Assembly (NCBI GenBank): GCA_963765605.1
Contig: CAVXXA010000006.1
Location: 27,495-91,494 of the forward strand
DNA: 64,000 bases
Direction of reading: 5' to 3'
DNA from: Candidatus Bathyarchaeota archaeon
GTDB lineage: Archaea; Thermoproteota; Bathyarchaeia; Bathyarchaeales; Bathycorpusculaceae
The notes under the pieces are model-generated. The model searched no databases. It worked only from the letters and a program-made list of their open reading frames with translations, and was not told the origin of the DNA. The first letter of the stretch is position 1. Each line of letters opens with the position of its first letter. Both the position numbers and the translations under genes were made by a program. This document shows, one piece after another, positions 54,263-64,000 of the stretch.

Positions 54263-55459
54263 CTATAAGCTTTGAAAGCTTCGAACCATCTGTTGTACAT
54301 AGACAGCATATCTAAGGAAACGCTTGGTTTGCGTTCTTCCAAGATTTGGCGGAAATCAGCCATCGTTAAAGATCTCGGCTTAGCCTCTTTATCCATTGCT
54401 TTTCCTGACTCGAAGAATTCTCCGATAAGGCTTAGCTGGGCAGATTGGCAAACGTCACGTATGTCGCTTCCTGAGAAACCTTCCGAAAGCCGTGCTAACT
54501 CCTGCAAGTCCACATCTGGGTCTATTTGCAGATTGCTTGAGTAAAGCTTCAGCATGCTTAATCGTGTGCTGTTATCAGCTAAGGGGTACGAGAATTCTTT
54601 TCTGGAACCGCCTGATAAACGCCCAATCCAAATCCCAAGGCTTATTCGTAGCTCCGATAACGTAAACGTGAAGAGCTTTGCCTTTGTCCACGATGCCGTC
54701 CATTTCTTTTAGGAACTGGTTGCGGACGCGAATTTCTCCGCCGACCTCATTGGAGTGCGCTCCCATCAGCGAGTCTAATTCGTCAACAAACACGATGGCT
54801 GGTTTGCCCTCGGTTGAGGATTTGCGAGCTGAACCGAATAGTTTAGCGACGTTCTGCTCTGCTTCCCCGAGCCATTTTGACATGATGGATGCGGCATCAA
54901 TAGAGTAGAAGTTAGCGTCAATCTCGGTTGCGACCGCTGCCGCCAACAAAGTTTTGCCGCAGCCAGGCGGACCAAAGAGTAGTATGCCTCGTGGCCACCC
55001 TAAGGGGAACAAGTCAGGTCTTTGAACTGGATAAACTATGGCTTCTTTTACGGCTTTTTTGGCACTATCTAAGCCTATGACTTCAGCCCAATTTACTTTT
55101 GGTTTCTCCGTGATCACGAGTTCCTCATTATTTGGTTTACCATTTCCGTTTCCGTAGCTGCTGCCGTCCATGGTTGCTCCAGCGCCGCCTCCTTGGCTGT
55201 CATTGTTGCTTGCTTCATTCATTTCAGCTGATGAAACAGCTCCTTGCAAAGCTTTGATTCTTTCTTGGTAGGCAATTGCTCTTTGAACGTAAACTTTATT
55301 CAAACCGTATTCGGGGTAAAGCTGTACAAGCTGCAAGAGACTCTCGATTGCTTTTTGATAGAGGGTTATGGCTCTTCCTTTTTGTCCCTGCTTATCTAGT
55401 CGTACAGCATCTAAAGCGTAAGCTGTTGCTGCTTTTTCAAGTTCATTTGAGGCGCTCAT
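54263..55459 (-). CDS. cdvC: Vps4-like AAA ATPase with MIT domain (frameshifts ~54577 and ~54267)
   Basis: MIT helices (AVRLDKQG..AITLY), GPPGCGKT, VDELD, ATNKPWDLD, RRFQKR, EGFSGSDI. Confidence 0.93.
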
Positions 55460-55473
55460 TTTTTTTCCTTCTC

Positions 55474-56373
55474 CTATTCAGGCGATTTTAACTCAATTTT
55501 TATCTTGCCCTTTGTTCCTAAACTTTCAAGGGCACGTTCAATTTCTTCATTGGAAGTTTGCAGTTCACTTGAACAGCGGCTTAAATCTACTTCACCATTA
55601 GTCTTCCGGACATATTCAAGAAGCACATCTTCCAAGCAAGGCTTCTCAACCTTAAGCGAGAACTCTTTAATTTCAGATTTCTTGTATGAAAACATCGCTT
55701 TCGCTGGGTCAAAACCGCTTTCTTCCACGGTTTTATGACCAAACACCTGCGATGAGCTAGCGGTGAGAGCAACAAGCTCTTTTATCGGCGTCTTTTCTTG
55801 AACTGGTGCACTTGCAGGCGGCTCTGGGAGATTTTCAGCTATTTTCTTCTGCATGAAGCTTGTTACTTCGTTTAGTATTTCTTCCCCAGCTTCCGTTTTC
55901 TTGCCGACTGGAATCAAAGTTTCGTCAGCGGAGAGCTTTGTTGCATGAAGGGTCTCTTGGATCGTGGAATTAACGGTGTCAAGTTCAGAGCTAACGTCAG
56001 GTAAGACTTGGAATAGTTCTTGAGAAACATTTTGAAGCAGGCGAAGTGCAGGCTTCAAATCAGAAACAATGTCGCCGAGCTCTTTGATTGTTTCAAGACG
56101 AAGAATCACACGTTCAATAGCTAACTGGACATTGTATAGAAACTTTACAAGCTTTCGGACTTCAGCAAGTTCAGTGGCGCATATTGCAGCCTTTTCCCTG
56201 TTGTTCTTTTTCAACGCACCCATGCAGGTTTCAAAAAGTATTCGGTCTCTTTCTTTTAAACGAAAACTTGCCTGCTCCAGTTTGTTTTGCTGGACTCTAA
56301 GGGTGGTGATAGATTTGTTTGCAACTTCACGTATAGGTGGAGGGGTTTGATTAACTAAACTAAGGCTTTTGAT
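55474..56373 (-). CDS. cdvB: ESCRT-III protein with C-terminal winged helix
   Basis: Snf7 core (ELAEVRK, IERVILRLETI), LPEPP, C-term LLEYVRKTNGEVDL..IERALESL; frame stays open upstream to ATC at 56373. Confidence 0.85.
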   Translation of the reverse strand: MKSLSLVNQTPPPIREVANKSITTLRVQQNKLEQASFRLKERDRILFETCMGALKKNNREKAAICATELAEVRKLVKFLYNVQLAIERVILRLETIKELGDIVSDLKPALRLLQNVSQELFQVLPDVSSELDTVNSTIQETLHATKLSADETLIPVGKKTEAGEEILNEVTSFMQKKIAENLPEPPASAPVQEKTPIKELVALTASSSQVFGHKTVEESGFDPAKAMFSYKKSEIKEFSLKVEKPCLEDVLLEYVRKTNGEVDLSRCSSELQTSNEEIERALESLGTKGKIKIELKSPE

Positions 56374-56419
56374 GACCTATCCCTCCACCAAACGATGCTT
56401 TCCGCTTGTCTGGCTATTA

Positions 56420-57133
56420 TTATATGCCAGCTTTACCGATCTCTTTAACGTAGACAACCACTGGAGGCTCAGGAAGCTTTTGAGCAACACTTACCTGTTC
56501 AGCGTAAGTTTTCGATTTCTGCATGGAATCCTGTGACTCGCCTAGCAGCACGCTTGAAACTTTGCTTTTTGTCAGCTCATAATCAGTTTTTTCCATAATA
56601 GCGCGTTTCAATGTTTCTTGCAGAAGAGCGAAAGCGTTCTTGTAGTTTTCTTCGTCAACTTTTCCTATTTCATGTTCAATTTCAAGGTTAGCGATGGCGT
56701 AGCTAAGCGACGTTATTTCTTCCTGGCAACGCTCAATCTCTATTGCTGCTTCATCTATCATGATTTGAGCTTCTTTTTTGAGTTGAGTTAAGACATTGGA
56801 GAAACTTCCGTGAAGATCTTGGAAGACGGCAGGAGTGATTTTTTTCTTGTCCAGGAGATCTTTCAGTGCTTCGTCTTTGCGCCAGATCAATGGTATCTGA
56901 TCACAAAGTAGGCCTGCTTGAGACTTTATTTTTGTTATGTAGGTAACATCAGCCCCATTAAATCGTATGTTTTCTATGGGGTGTTTTGTGAATTGGCCAT
57001 CTCCGAATTCAAGAAATACGGCTTCAAATTTGCCGCTTGGTGATAATGCGAAAGATGCAACTTTACCGATTACTCGTCCATATTCGTTTTTAATAGGTTT
57101 TCCAATATAAAGAAAAAGATTGGAGTTAGACAT
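56420..57133 (-). CDS. cdvA: CdvA-like cell division protein
   Basis: PRC-barrel-like N-term (IGKPIKNEYGRVIGKV), coiled coil, LEIEHEIG, C-term PEPPVVVYVK. Confidence 0.85.
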   Translation of the reverse strand: MSNSNLFLYIGKPIKNEYGRVIGKVASFALSPSGKFEAVFLEFGDGQFTKHPIENIRFNGADVTYITKIKSQAGLLCDQIPLIWRKDEALKDLLDKKKITPAVFQDLHGSFSNVLTQLKKEAQIMIDEAAIEIERCQEEITSLSYAIANLEIEHEIGKVDEENYKNAFALLQETLKRAIMEKTDYELTKSKVSSVLLGESQDSMQKSKTYAEQVSVAQKLPEPPVVVYVKEIGKAGI

Positions 57134-57154
57134 GTTTTTTGTTTTCCTCCTATT

Positions 57155-57817
57155 TTAGAAACTCTGTGTTGATTTCTCTGTTGAAGCTGGGGATGATGGC
57201 ATTCCTGGGGGCAGATCTGGGAACTTGTCCTTTATCTTCTGCTCTGCAACGGTTGCTGCTTCTGTAAGAATCTTTGATGCGTCCTCGTTTACTGTGTCAA
57301 AGTTTAATGTCATTCCTGAACCTTGGCCTGCTTCGATCATGATTCCGCTTAACATGTTACCAATTTCGCCCAGTTCGCTCTCTGCTTCCGGAAACACGCT
57401 TACTAAGCCTGCTTTAACTGAACGTAGAACACCTACGGCTGGGCCTAAGGTGGATACTACGTCGCCTAATTCTGAAACTGTTCGTAACCTTAATGTAATT
57501 TGTTCAAGTGCAAGTTTAGCATTCATTATTAACTTTGACATTTTTCGAACTTCAGCTAACTCGTTGGCGAATACGTTTGCGCGCGCGCTGTCATGCTTTG
57601 CATAAGCATCAACTATTCTGGCGAAAATTGCTTTGTCTCTTTGGCTGAATCGGTCAGTTGCCTGGTCAAGCTTCTGAACTTGAAGATCAATGCGCCTGAC
57701 GGCGAAGTCAAGTCGTGGCTTCAATGGTCCCGGCGGTTTTACAGCGTCTTTAATGCGGTTTGAGAATGGCTCATCTTCCCTTTTACTTTCCCACTTTTTA
57801 GCAAATCTTTCTGACAA
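57155..57817 (-). CDS. ESCRT-III/Snf7 family protein (CdvB1/B2-like)
   Basis: ANELAEVRK, LALEQITLRLRTV.ELGD, EASKILTEA, KFPDLP (MIM-like). Confidence 0.92.
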   Translation of the reverse strand: MSERFAKKWESKREDEPFSNRIKDAVKPPGPLKPRLDFAVRRIDLQVQKLDQATDRFSQRDKAIFARIVDAYAKHDSARANVFANELAEVRKMSKLIMNAKLALEQITLRLRTVSELGDVVSTLGPAVGVLRSVKAGLVSVFPEAESELGEIGNMLSGIMIEAGQGSGMTLNFDTVNEDASKILTEAATVAEQKIKDKFPDLPPGMPSSPASTEKSTQSF

Positions 57818-57885
57818 TTTAGATTACCTCTAAAGACAGAGGAATGCGGAAAACAATCTTATACATTGTTAATATGTTCAAGATA

Positions 57886-57903
57886 TGCACGTATATACGT
57901 ACA
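57886..57903. promoter_or_regulatory. Palindrome upstream of the cdv operon
   Basis: TGCACGTATATACGTACA with a perfect 12-bp core ACGTATATACGT, about 70 nt upstream of the first cdv gene. Confidence 0.35.
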
Positions 57904-58045
57904 GATATACACCGCTAAAAAACATGCCTTGAGCTTTAACTAGAAGAGTTAAACATGGTATAAGCGCTAAACCGATTAGACAGAAATGTGTAAGTTAGAC
58001 TAAAAAGAAGCGGGGAGCAATCCTAAAATAAAAAAGGTGAATTGA

Positions 58046-58270
58046 ATGAATAGCAGATTAAAAATATTCGGTTTAATAGCTCTCTTGGGCTTTGTAGCAG
58101 GCATTATTGCACAGGTTACAGCAACATACTTTATCCCATGGCTGATCGTATCTTTGCCAGCGCTAGCGGGTTTAACAAGCTTCATGGTTGCAGGATTTGC
58201 AGGCGCAGTCTTAACAGTCGCAATTGTTGGCGCTTGGGCCTACATGACTGGCAAAAAAGAGCCATACTAA
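58046..58270 (+). CDS. Small two-TM membrane protein
   Basis: AGGTGA RBS, 74 aa hydrophobic. Confidence 0.75.
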   Translation: MNSRLKIFGLIALLGFVAGIIAQVTATYFIPWLIVSLPALAGLTSFMVAGFAGAVLTVAIVGAWAYMTGKKEPY

Positions 58271-58469
58271 ACCAAAGCTAACTGCCCAGCCCTCTTTCTT
58301 TTATTCCCAAAATATAGGTTACCCTTTCTTTGCATCGATCGGTTGCGATTTTTCTTCTATACCTCCCGTATATATTGGCAGAATTGTTTCTTCTTAAGAA
58401 AAGACTTGTTTGCTATGGCTACTCCTCCTTTTGATAAGATTCAAATGCAGAATAAATTACTGGTTGAAT

Positions 58470-60020
58470 TCAAAGGGGTTTAGTTCTGGTGCTCTTCCGA
58501 GATACCTTCTTTCTCAACATTACAACCGCAGCCAAGACCACGATAGCAACGATAACTGAGGTTACCATCGGATATTGGCTGACGATTAGGGATTCAAGGT
58601 TTGGAGTTTCAGAAGTTGGAATCTCTTCGGTTGGAATGGGTGTTGAAGCCTCCGCTGTTGGGCTCGGTGATAGTGGAGTTGGCAGATTCACTGAAGGAAT
58701 GTTTACGGCAAAGAAACGGTCATACGCTGAAAAGTAAGCGATGTTGTCCGCCTCACCCAAAAAGTAACTATAGTAAATACCATACACATTATCTATTGTG
58801 GTTGGGTTCAGCTTAAAGCTCCAAATAACGGTTCCATTCATTGGATTCCAAGCCTCTAGAACATAATTTATGGGGTCGTAAGAATAAATGACGCCGGAAC
58901 TATAATGGTTCCAAACCTCTAAGCCGTTAGTGGCATTTAAACCGCAAAATGTAGAGCCCCATGTAAGGATAACTATCCCATAATTAACGGATGCAATATC
59001 CAACTTCCAATAACCATTTATCGAGTAATTCCAAAGCTGTTTGCCTGTGGCAGCATCCAAGGCGTAAGCGTTGGGTCTAGTATACATTGCTTGATATCCA
59101 ATGGCGTAGACATGGCCGCCAGCTGTATAGGAAGGATTTACAAAACTGTAGCCGTTGGAGGAGAAACTCCAGACTTTCCCCCCGTTCTGAGCACTTATGG
59201 CATATACTATGTTACCTGTTGTCATGTATATTTTGCCATTGGCATATGGTGCCTGTTTTTCGAAATAGAAACCTTCAAGATTGCCGCCAGTAAGATTGCC
59301 AATTTTGACGTCCAAACGCTGGTTGCCGTTGTTGAGGTCGTAAGCGTAATAGCGGTCATCTGCACCGAAGTAGAGTGCACCATCCCCAACAGCAGGCTCT
59401 ACAAAATTATAATTATAGCCAAATTCATGTCTCCAGACTTCTTCGCCTGTCGCTTGGTTCACAGCGGAAACATAGCATTTGGAATCAGATGAGGGCGTGT
59501 TCTCAACTCCGAAGCATATCACCCCATCAGTGGGTGGCAAATACCATGCAATGCCCCCTTCTACGCTGTAATTCCATTTTTGCGCCCCGATCATTGCATC
59601 TATAGCATAAAAGTTGCTGCCATCTTCAGTGTACAAAACGCCGTCGACTATGGTCGGGTCACCGAGACCTTCAGTGTCAGTGAACACCCAAACCTTTGAG
59701 CCGGTAGATGCGTTCCAAGCATAGATGGTGTCATATTCATAATGGTTATTCCCATGTTCCTCATTGTAAGATTCATACGCATGGGCGTAAACTATACCAT
59801 CTACCACAGTAACCGACTTCCAAACTGGCTGCCCCAACGTGCCTGGAGGATGGTTGCATTTGGCTTGCCATCGTTCGGTTGGAAAAGACACGGGAGCAGC
59901 TGCTTGCTTCGCACTCGGAGGAGGATAAACCTGTGCGCCGCAGTTTGCAAAAGAAGCCAACAAAACACTAGAAACAAAATATACGCTTATCAGACCTGTA
60001 AGCAAACGAGATTTGTTCAC
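58470..60020 (-). CDS. PQQ-like/BamB beta-propeller surface protein
   Basis: Repeated YA.DA.TG...W.Y; signal peptide and C-term TM anchor. Confidence 0.88.
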   Translation of the reverse strand: MNKSRLLTGLISVYFVSSVLLASFANCGAQVYPPPSAKQAAAPVSFPTERWQAKCNHPPGTLGQPVWKSVTVVDGIVYAHAYESYNEEHGNNHYEYDTIYAWNASTGSKVWVFTDTEGLGDPTIVDGVLYTEDGSNFYAIDAMIGAQKWNYSVEGGIAWYLPPTDGVICFGVENTPSSDSKCYVSAVNQATGEEVWRHEFGYNYNFVEPAVGDGALYFGADDRYYAYDLNNGNQRLDVKIGNLTGGNLEGFYFEKQAPYANGKIYMTTGNIVYAISAQNGGKVWSFSSNGYSFVNPSYTAGGHVYAIGYQAMYTRPNAYALDAATGKQLWNYSINGYWKLDIASVNYGIVILTWGSTFCGLNATNGLEVWNHYSSGVIYSYDPINYVLEAWNPMNGTVIWSFKLNPTTIDNVYGIYYSYFLGEADNIAYFSAYDRFFAVNIPSVNLPTPLSPSPTAEASTPIPTEEIPTSETPNLESLIVSQYPMVTSVIVAIVVLAAVVMLRKKVSRKSTRTKPL

Positions 60021-60320
60021 GGGTATTTAGCACCGCCGTATATTCTGACGTTAACAGTAACATTGTATAAAGCTTTGCAATTACTGGGTTGCTTGGGTGT
60101 TTATCGTCGGCTGACCAGTTTCAAACAAAGAAGGACAGATGATGGAGGATATTAGTGTCGGTTTGCCATTAAAACAAGCGTATTAATGGGTTCTCTAATG
60201 GATTCAGGGTCTTTAACAGGCATTATTGTTAGAACAGGTTTTACTTTCGTGTTTGCTCTACGGGTATTTTTTTGCAAATCTTTATAACCATAACCCCACC
60301 AGCGATTACTCGGTGAAACG

Positions 60321-61898
60321 ATGCGTCGACTCTCCTGCTTCCTGTTAACCGTAGCGATTTTATGTCCATTATTTTTCGTCGGTAACTTTGTGCATGCTTA
60401 CACTGAAGTGGCTGGCTTAGTTGAGTCTGATGCTACTTGGACACTGGCCGAAAGCCCAATTCGGTTGACGGGTTCAGTAACCGTTAACCCTGGTGTGACA
60501 TTGACGATTGAACCGGGCGTCACTGTGGATATTTGGGAGTACGACCTTGACGTAAAAGGAGCGCTTAACGCAACAGGGACAAGCGAAAACAAAATCATCA
60601 TCACTACCTCGATCTACAAAGACAGCGGTCTTTATGCCAACAATCCGCTACCCGAAGAACTTAGATTTGATCCGGTCGGTACGGGCTCAACAATCGAAAA
60701 TACCAACATAACTGAAAGAGTCGTTATTGATTGTTCAATAAAAGTAACTAAATCGTCTCTCCAAGACTTTGTTGAAGTCAATGATGGCTCATCAATATTC
60801 TCCGGAAACGACATAACAGGCCAAGTAAGCGTATTTAATGGTTCATCAACCTTTACGAACAACAAAATAGAGGTCATAGACGTATTGGGAGGTACACCCA
60901 CAATCGCCAGTAACAATATCAATACATTGGCTATTTACGGCGGAACACCAACTGTCACAAACAACACTGTCCAGGGCGCAGCATCGGCTGGACCGATCTC
61001 ATTTTATCATAAACCCGAGTCACCCATTTTATCAGGGAACAAATTCCTCGGCAGCGTATCTGTTAGCGGGTCAACTGTTCTCTCAGGAAACGAATTCATT
61101 TATGGACTCGCCATCAGCGACGGACCAGTGACTGTAACAAACAATACCTTCAACTCAGCCTATAACAACACAATAATCACTGTGAGCGGGATAGGCACAA
61201 ACATTTCAAACAACAGAATCATCGGAATTAACAATGACCCATTTGACTTATCAAAGCATGGACGGCCTCCGCGGCAAATTGGAATAAGTATTGGAGCAGA
61301 GTACGGTCAAAACTCATCTGCCGCCATCACTGGAAACTACATCGAACACTGCCAAATAGCAATAGACGTTTTTCCAAGCAGTATACAAATATGCAAAAAC
61401 GTTATTTCCAACAATTACTGCGGCATCAGCATCGCATCACAGCTCGTAAACCCATCTGACCCCAACCCACCAACAATCAACACAGCCATTGACATCCATC
61501 AAAACAATATCTCAAACAACTCTATAGGTATCGAATACTTACCTTATAAATCGCCTGCCAACATTACAAACAACGACATTTACGGCAATGTAATATACAA
61601 TTTTAAACTGATGTGCTCAAACGACACAAATGTTGCTGATAACTGGTGGGGAACCACCGATTACGGAACGATTAGTCAATCGATCTATGACCGCCAAGAC
61701 AATAATAGTTTGGGCAAAGTGACTTTTTCGTCAATACTAACGGGACCTTATGCCCAGTCGCCTTCTACATTGAATTTACAGTCGCCCATCGATAGCAACA
61801 CTTTGATAATAGTATTGGTTGTCTTAGTGGTCGTAATTTTATTTGTAATTGGAATAGTACTTGCTTTAAACAAAAAAATCAGAAAAAATAAGGGTTGA
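60321..61898 (+). CDS. Right-handed beta-helix (NosD/pectin lyase-like) surface protein
   Basis: TWTLAESP..VTVNPGVTLTIEPG, Asn-rich I..N.I repeats, NWWGT, C-term TM. Confidence 0.85.
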   Translation: MRRLSCFLLTVAILCPLFFVGNFVHAYTEVAGLVESDATWTLAESPIRLTGSVTVNPGVTLTIEPGVTVDIWEYDLDVKGALNATGTSENKIIITTSIYKDSGLYANNPLPEELRFDPVGTGSTIENTNITERVVIDCSIKVTKSSLQDFVEVNDGSSIFSGNDITGQVSVFNGSSTFTNNKIEVIDVLGGTPTIASNNINTLAIYGGTPTVTNNTVQGAASAGPISFYHKPESPILSGNKFLGSVSVSGSTVLSGNEFIYGLAISDGPVTVTNNTFNSAYNNTIITVSGIGTNISNNRIIGINNDPFDLSKHGRPPRQIGISIGAEYGQNSSAAITGNYIEHCQIAIDVFPSSIQICKNVISNNYCGISIASQLVNPSDPNPPTINTAIDIHQNNISNNSIGIEYLPYKSPANITNNDIYGNVIYNFKLMCSNDTNVADNWWGTTDYGTISQSIYDRQDNNSLGKVTFSSILTGPYAQSPSTLNLQSPIDSNTLIIVLVVLVVVILFVIGIVLALNKKIRKNKG

Positions 61899-61929
61899 TC
61901 GTTGGCAGGGTACTAAAAGGCTGGTTTTT

Positions 61930-62936
61930 TTAGGCTGTCTTTCTAAGTCTGCCGTAAACCATCAGGGGTATGCCTAGGAAAACAAGCGCTATGACCCACA
62001 GGTTGGGGTTATGCAGGGGACCGATAACCTCGTACCACACGCTTGGGTGCGCGCTGTAGCCGCCTGTTAAGTAATAGTAGAGGGTGGTTATGATGAAGTA
62101 GCCGCCTAACCCCGCTAACGCGGCACCTATGCGGGTCAGGTTTGGCTGCATGTGTTGTTTTTTGATGAGCGGCAGAGTAGTTACCAGCGCTGTTACTGCT
62201 ACGGCTAATAGACCGAACAGGGTGAGGCAAAAGCTAAACAGGTTAGCGGGCTGCAAAATGAAAACCAGACCATATGCTCATAGACTCTAGTGTACGGCAC
62301 CAATACGCCTGTCCACATCATCGAAAAATTAAACCAGAAAACAACGAAGAGGTATCCGACGCCCGTTAAACTAGCCCATTTGGCGATTTCTTGAACGGGT
62401 GCCTGATAATTGATGGATGCGCGTAGCTTAAGCAGAAGCGGCGGAACCACAATGAAGATGGCTAAGCAGGGAATCAAAGTGACGTACAGCAAGAGCGCTT
62501 CCGGGGTGTGGCCGAAATAGAAGAGGCTTGGGTCGTGTGCCAAATTGTACGCGGCGGCGGCAATCACCGAAGCAATCAACGTGAGAAAGAATATGGCTTC
62601 CAGAAGCAGGACGACGCTGACGCTCTTTCTTATGGTTGGCATTGAGGTGTCTTTTTTTCTCCAAAAGAGAAAAGCGCCGTAAACAGCAAAGGCACCCGCG
62701 ATTGCACGGGCGATTATGGCGATTGAACCAGCGACGCCTTCGCTGCTATAGAACAGGACCAGCCACCACCAGGGGTTCGCTGACAGCGAACTGTAAATAT
62801 ATTGGTTGGAGATCATGCCGATGCTGTCGCGCATTCCGCTGGCCGCGTAGTAGAGCGCATAAGCGAAGTAGGTGGCAGCGACAATTAAAATCCAAAATCG
62901 AATAGAACCCGCATATTTTTCAAGCCATTTACCCAT
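61930..62936 (-). CDS. Multi-pass membrane hypothetical protein (frameshift ~62270)
   Basis: Two overlapping hydrophobic ORFs, 62205-62936 and 61930-62256. Confidence 0.7.
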
Positions 62937-63392
62937 CAGAGCTCACCGCTCAACCTTTTGGCTTTTTGGCTATTTAGTTCTACTGAAGGAACAGAACGTT
63001 CCATGTCTGGAACACATCATTTGATTACCTGGAGCGTTAACTGGGCGGGCATAAACTGTTTGTGGACTCAATAGCGGAAAAAGCACTCACTAGCCTCCAG
63101 CTTAATTTCCCCGCCTTCAGCTTCGGCGTACCTCGATTTTCTCATCGTCCAAACTATAGGAAATCTACCGACTTATTTACGCTTTCTGAACATCTTGAAT
63201 CCTTCAACATATTTAGTAGTTTCCAATGTCTAAATATGTGGAAATCTATTTTAAGTAAATTGGGATTGCAAAACTGGCCGCCAGACGCTTCCTCGCAAGT
63301 GCCTGCGTGTGGTAACAGCATATTTCCAAAGTAAATTAGATAGAAAACTTAAATCTAAACTGAATTTAATAGAGAATGGAGGTTGAAACTTC

Positions 63393-63608
63393 ATGGTGGA
63401 TGATAATGTTTTGGTTGCGGTAACTGTAAGCCGAGAAAAAGGCGAAATTGCATACAAAGTTGATTGCTCCAGTGACCTGACTAATGAAGAACTTGAATAT
63501 TACCTTCAAGAAATAATTGAAGGCATATGCAAATGGAAACCAGGCGTTTGCCAAGAAACAGTGAAAAGCTTCAAAGGCACAATCAGAAAAAGAAAAGCAA
63601 AAAAGTAA
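63393..63608 (+). CDS. Small hypothetical protein
   Basis: GGAGG RBS, 71 aa. Confidence 0.5.
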   Translation: MVDDNVLVAVTVSREKGEIAYKVDCSSDLTNEELEYYLQEIIEGICKWKPGVCQETVKSFKGTIRKRKAKK

Positions 63609-63808
63609 TAAAACCTAAAATTAGCGAGCGCGCGTTCTTTTCCATCTCGTTTGATTCGTATCTAAACGCCGTTCATTATTTAAAAGCAAATAAACGTTAT
63701 GGGTTTGAAGCTTTATGCTAAGTAAATAAATATGCCATTGCCATATGTTTGTGAATCAATGAAAACGTAAACCGGTTTAAGCCGATAGCTGACTTTGGGT
63801 TGACTAAA

Positions 63809-64000
63809 ATGAAGTACATACTAGTTGTTGGAGACGGAATGGCTGATTACCCTATTCCTGAACTGGGGGACAAAACGCCTCTTCAAGCAGCATACAAACC
63901 AAACATGGATTCCATAGCAGCCAAAGGCCAAAGTGGCCTCATAAAAACAGTTCCTGACGAGTTAAACCCAGGCTCAGAAACCGCGATATGCTCACTGCTG
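63809..64000 (+). CDS. apgM: Cofactor-independent phosphoglycerate mutase, archaeal type (partial)
   Basis: MKYILVVGDGMADYPIPELGDKTPLQAA.KPNMD...PGSE. Confidence 0.9.
   Translation, partial: MKYILVVGDGMADYPIPELGDKTPLQAAYKPNMDSIAAKGQSGLIKTVPDELNPGSETAICSLL

Overview
Archaeal genomic window, most consistent with Bathyarchaeia (inferred from the Cdv/ESCRT-III operon, methanopterin genes, archaeal apgM and GGTG/GAGG-type RBSs). Many genes are split by single-base indels, probably long-read consensus errors. Layout: (1) 1-26.1 kb, an AT-rich, co-oriented minus-strand surface-glycan locus (about 11 GT2/GT4 glycosyltransferases, 3 hexapeptide acyltransferases, RmlD, radical SAM/SPASM, methyltransferase, DUF1616, a repeat surface protein) with an embedded comA-comB sulfolactate pair. 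(2) A 4xCBS + HPF/RaiA-like probable ribosome hibernation factor. (3) An ~8.2 kb GC-rich insertion (28009-36205) that splits a small AbrB-like gene at a CTT duplication. It has no recognisable recombinase and encodes an LVIVD-propeller/3xIg/vWA protein and a very large S53 (sedolisin) peptidase. (4) A toxin-antitoxin-rich stretch: repeat-flanked hicBA, an ABC exporter, a HEPN remnant plus MNT, and a solo hicB. (5) Core genes pyrK/pyrD, a methanopterin cluster, a LipS2-like radical SAM enzyme and a homocitrate/IPM synthase family gene. (6) The ESCRT-III cell-division operon (Snf7-cdvA-cdvB-cdvC). (7) Surface proteins and the start of apgM. No CRISPR array, rRNA or intact tRNA was seen. All family assignments are from motif recognition by eye, not database searches.
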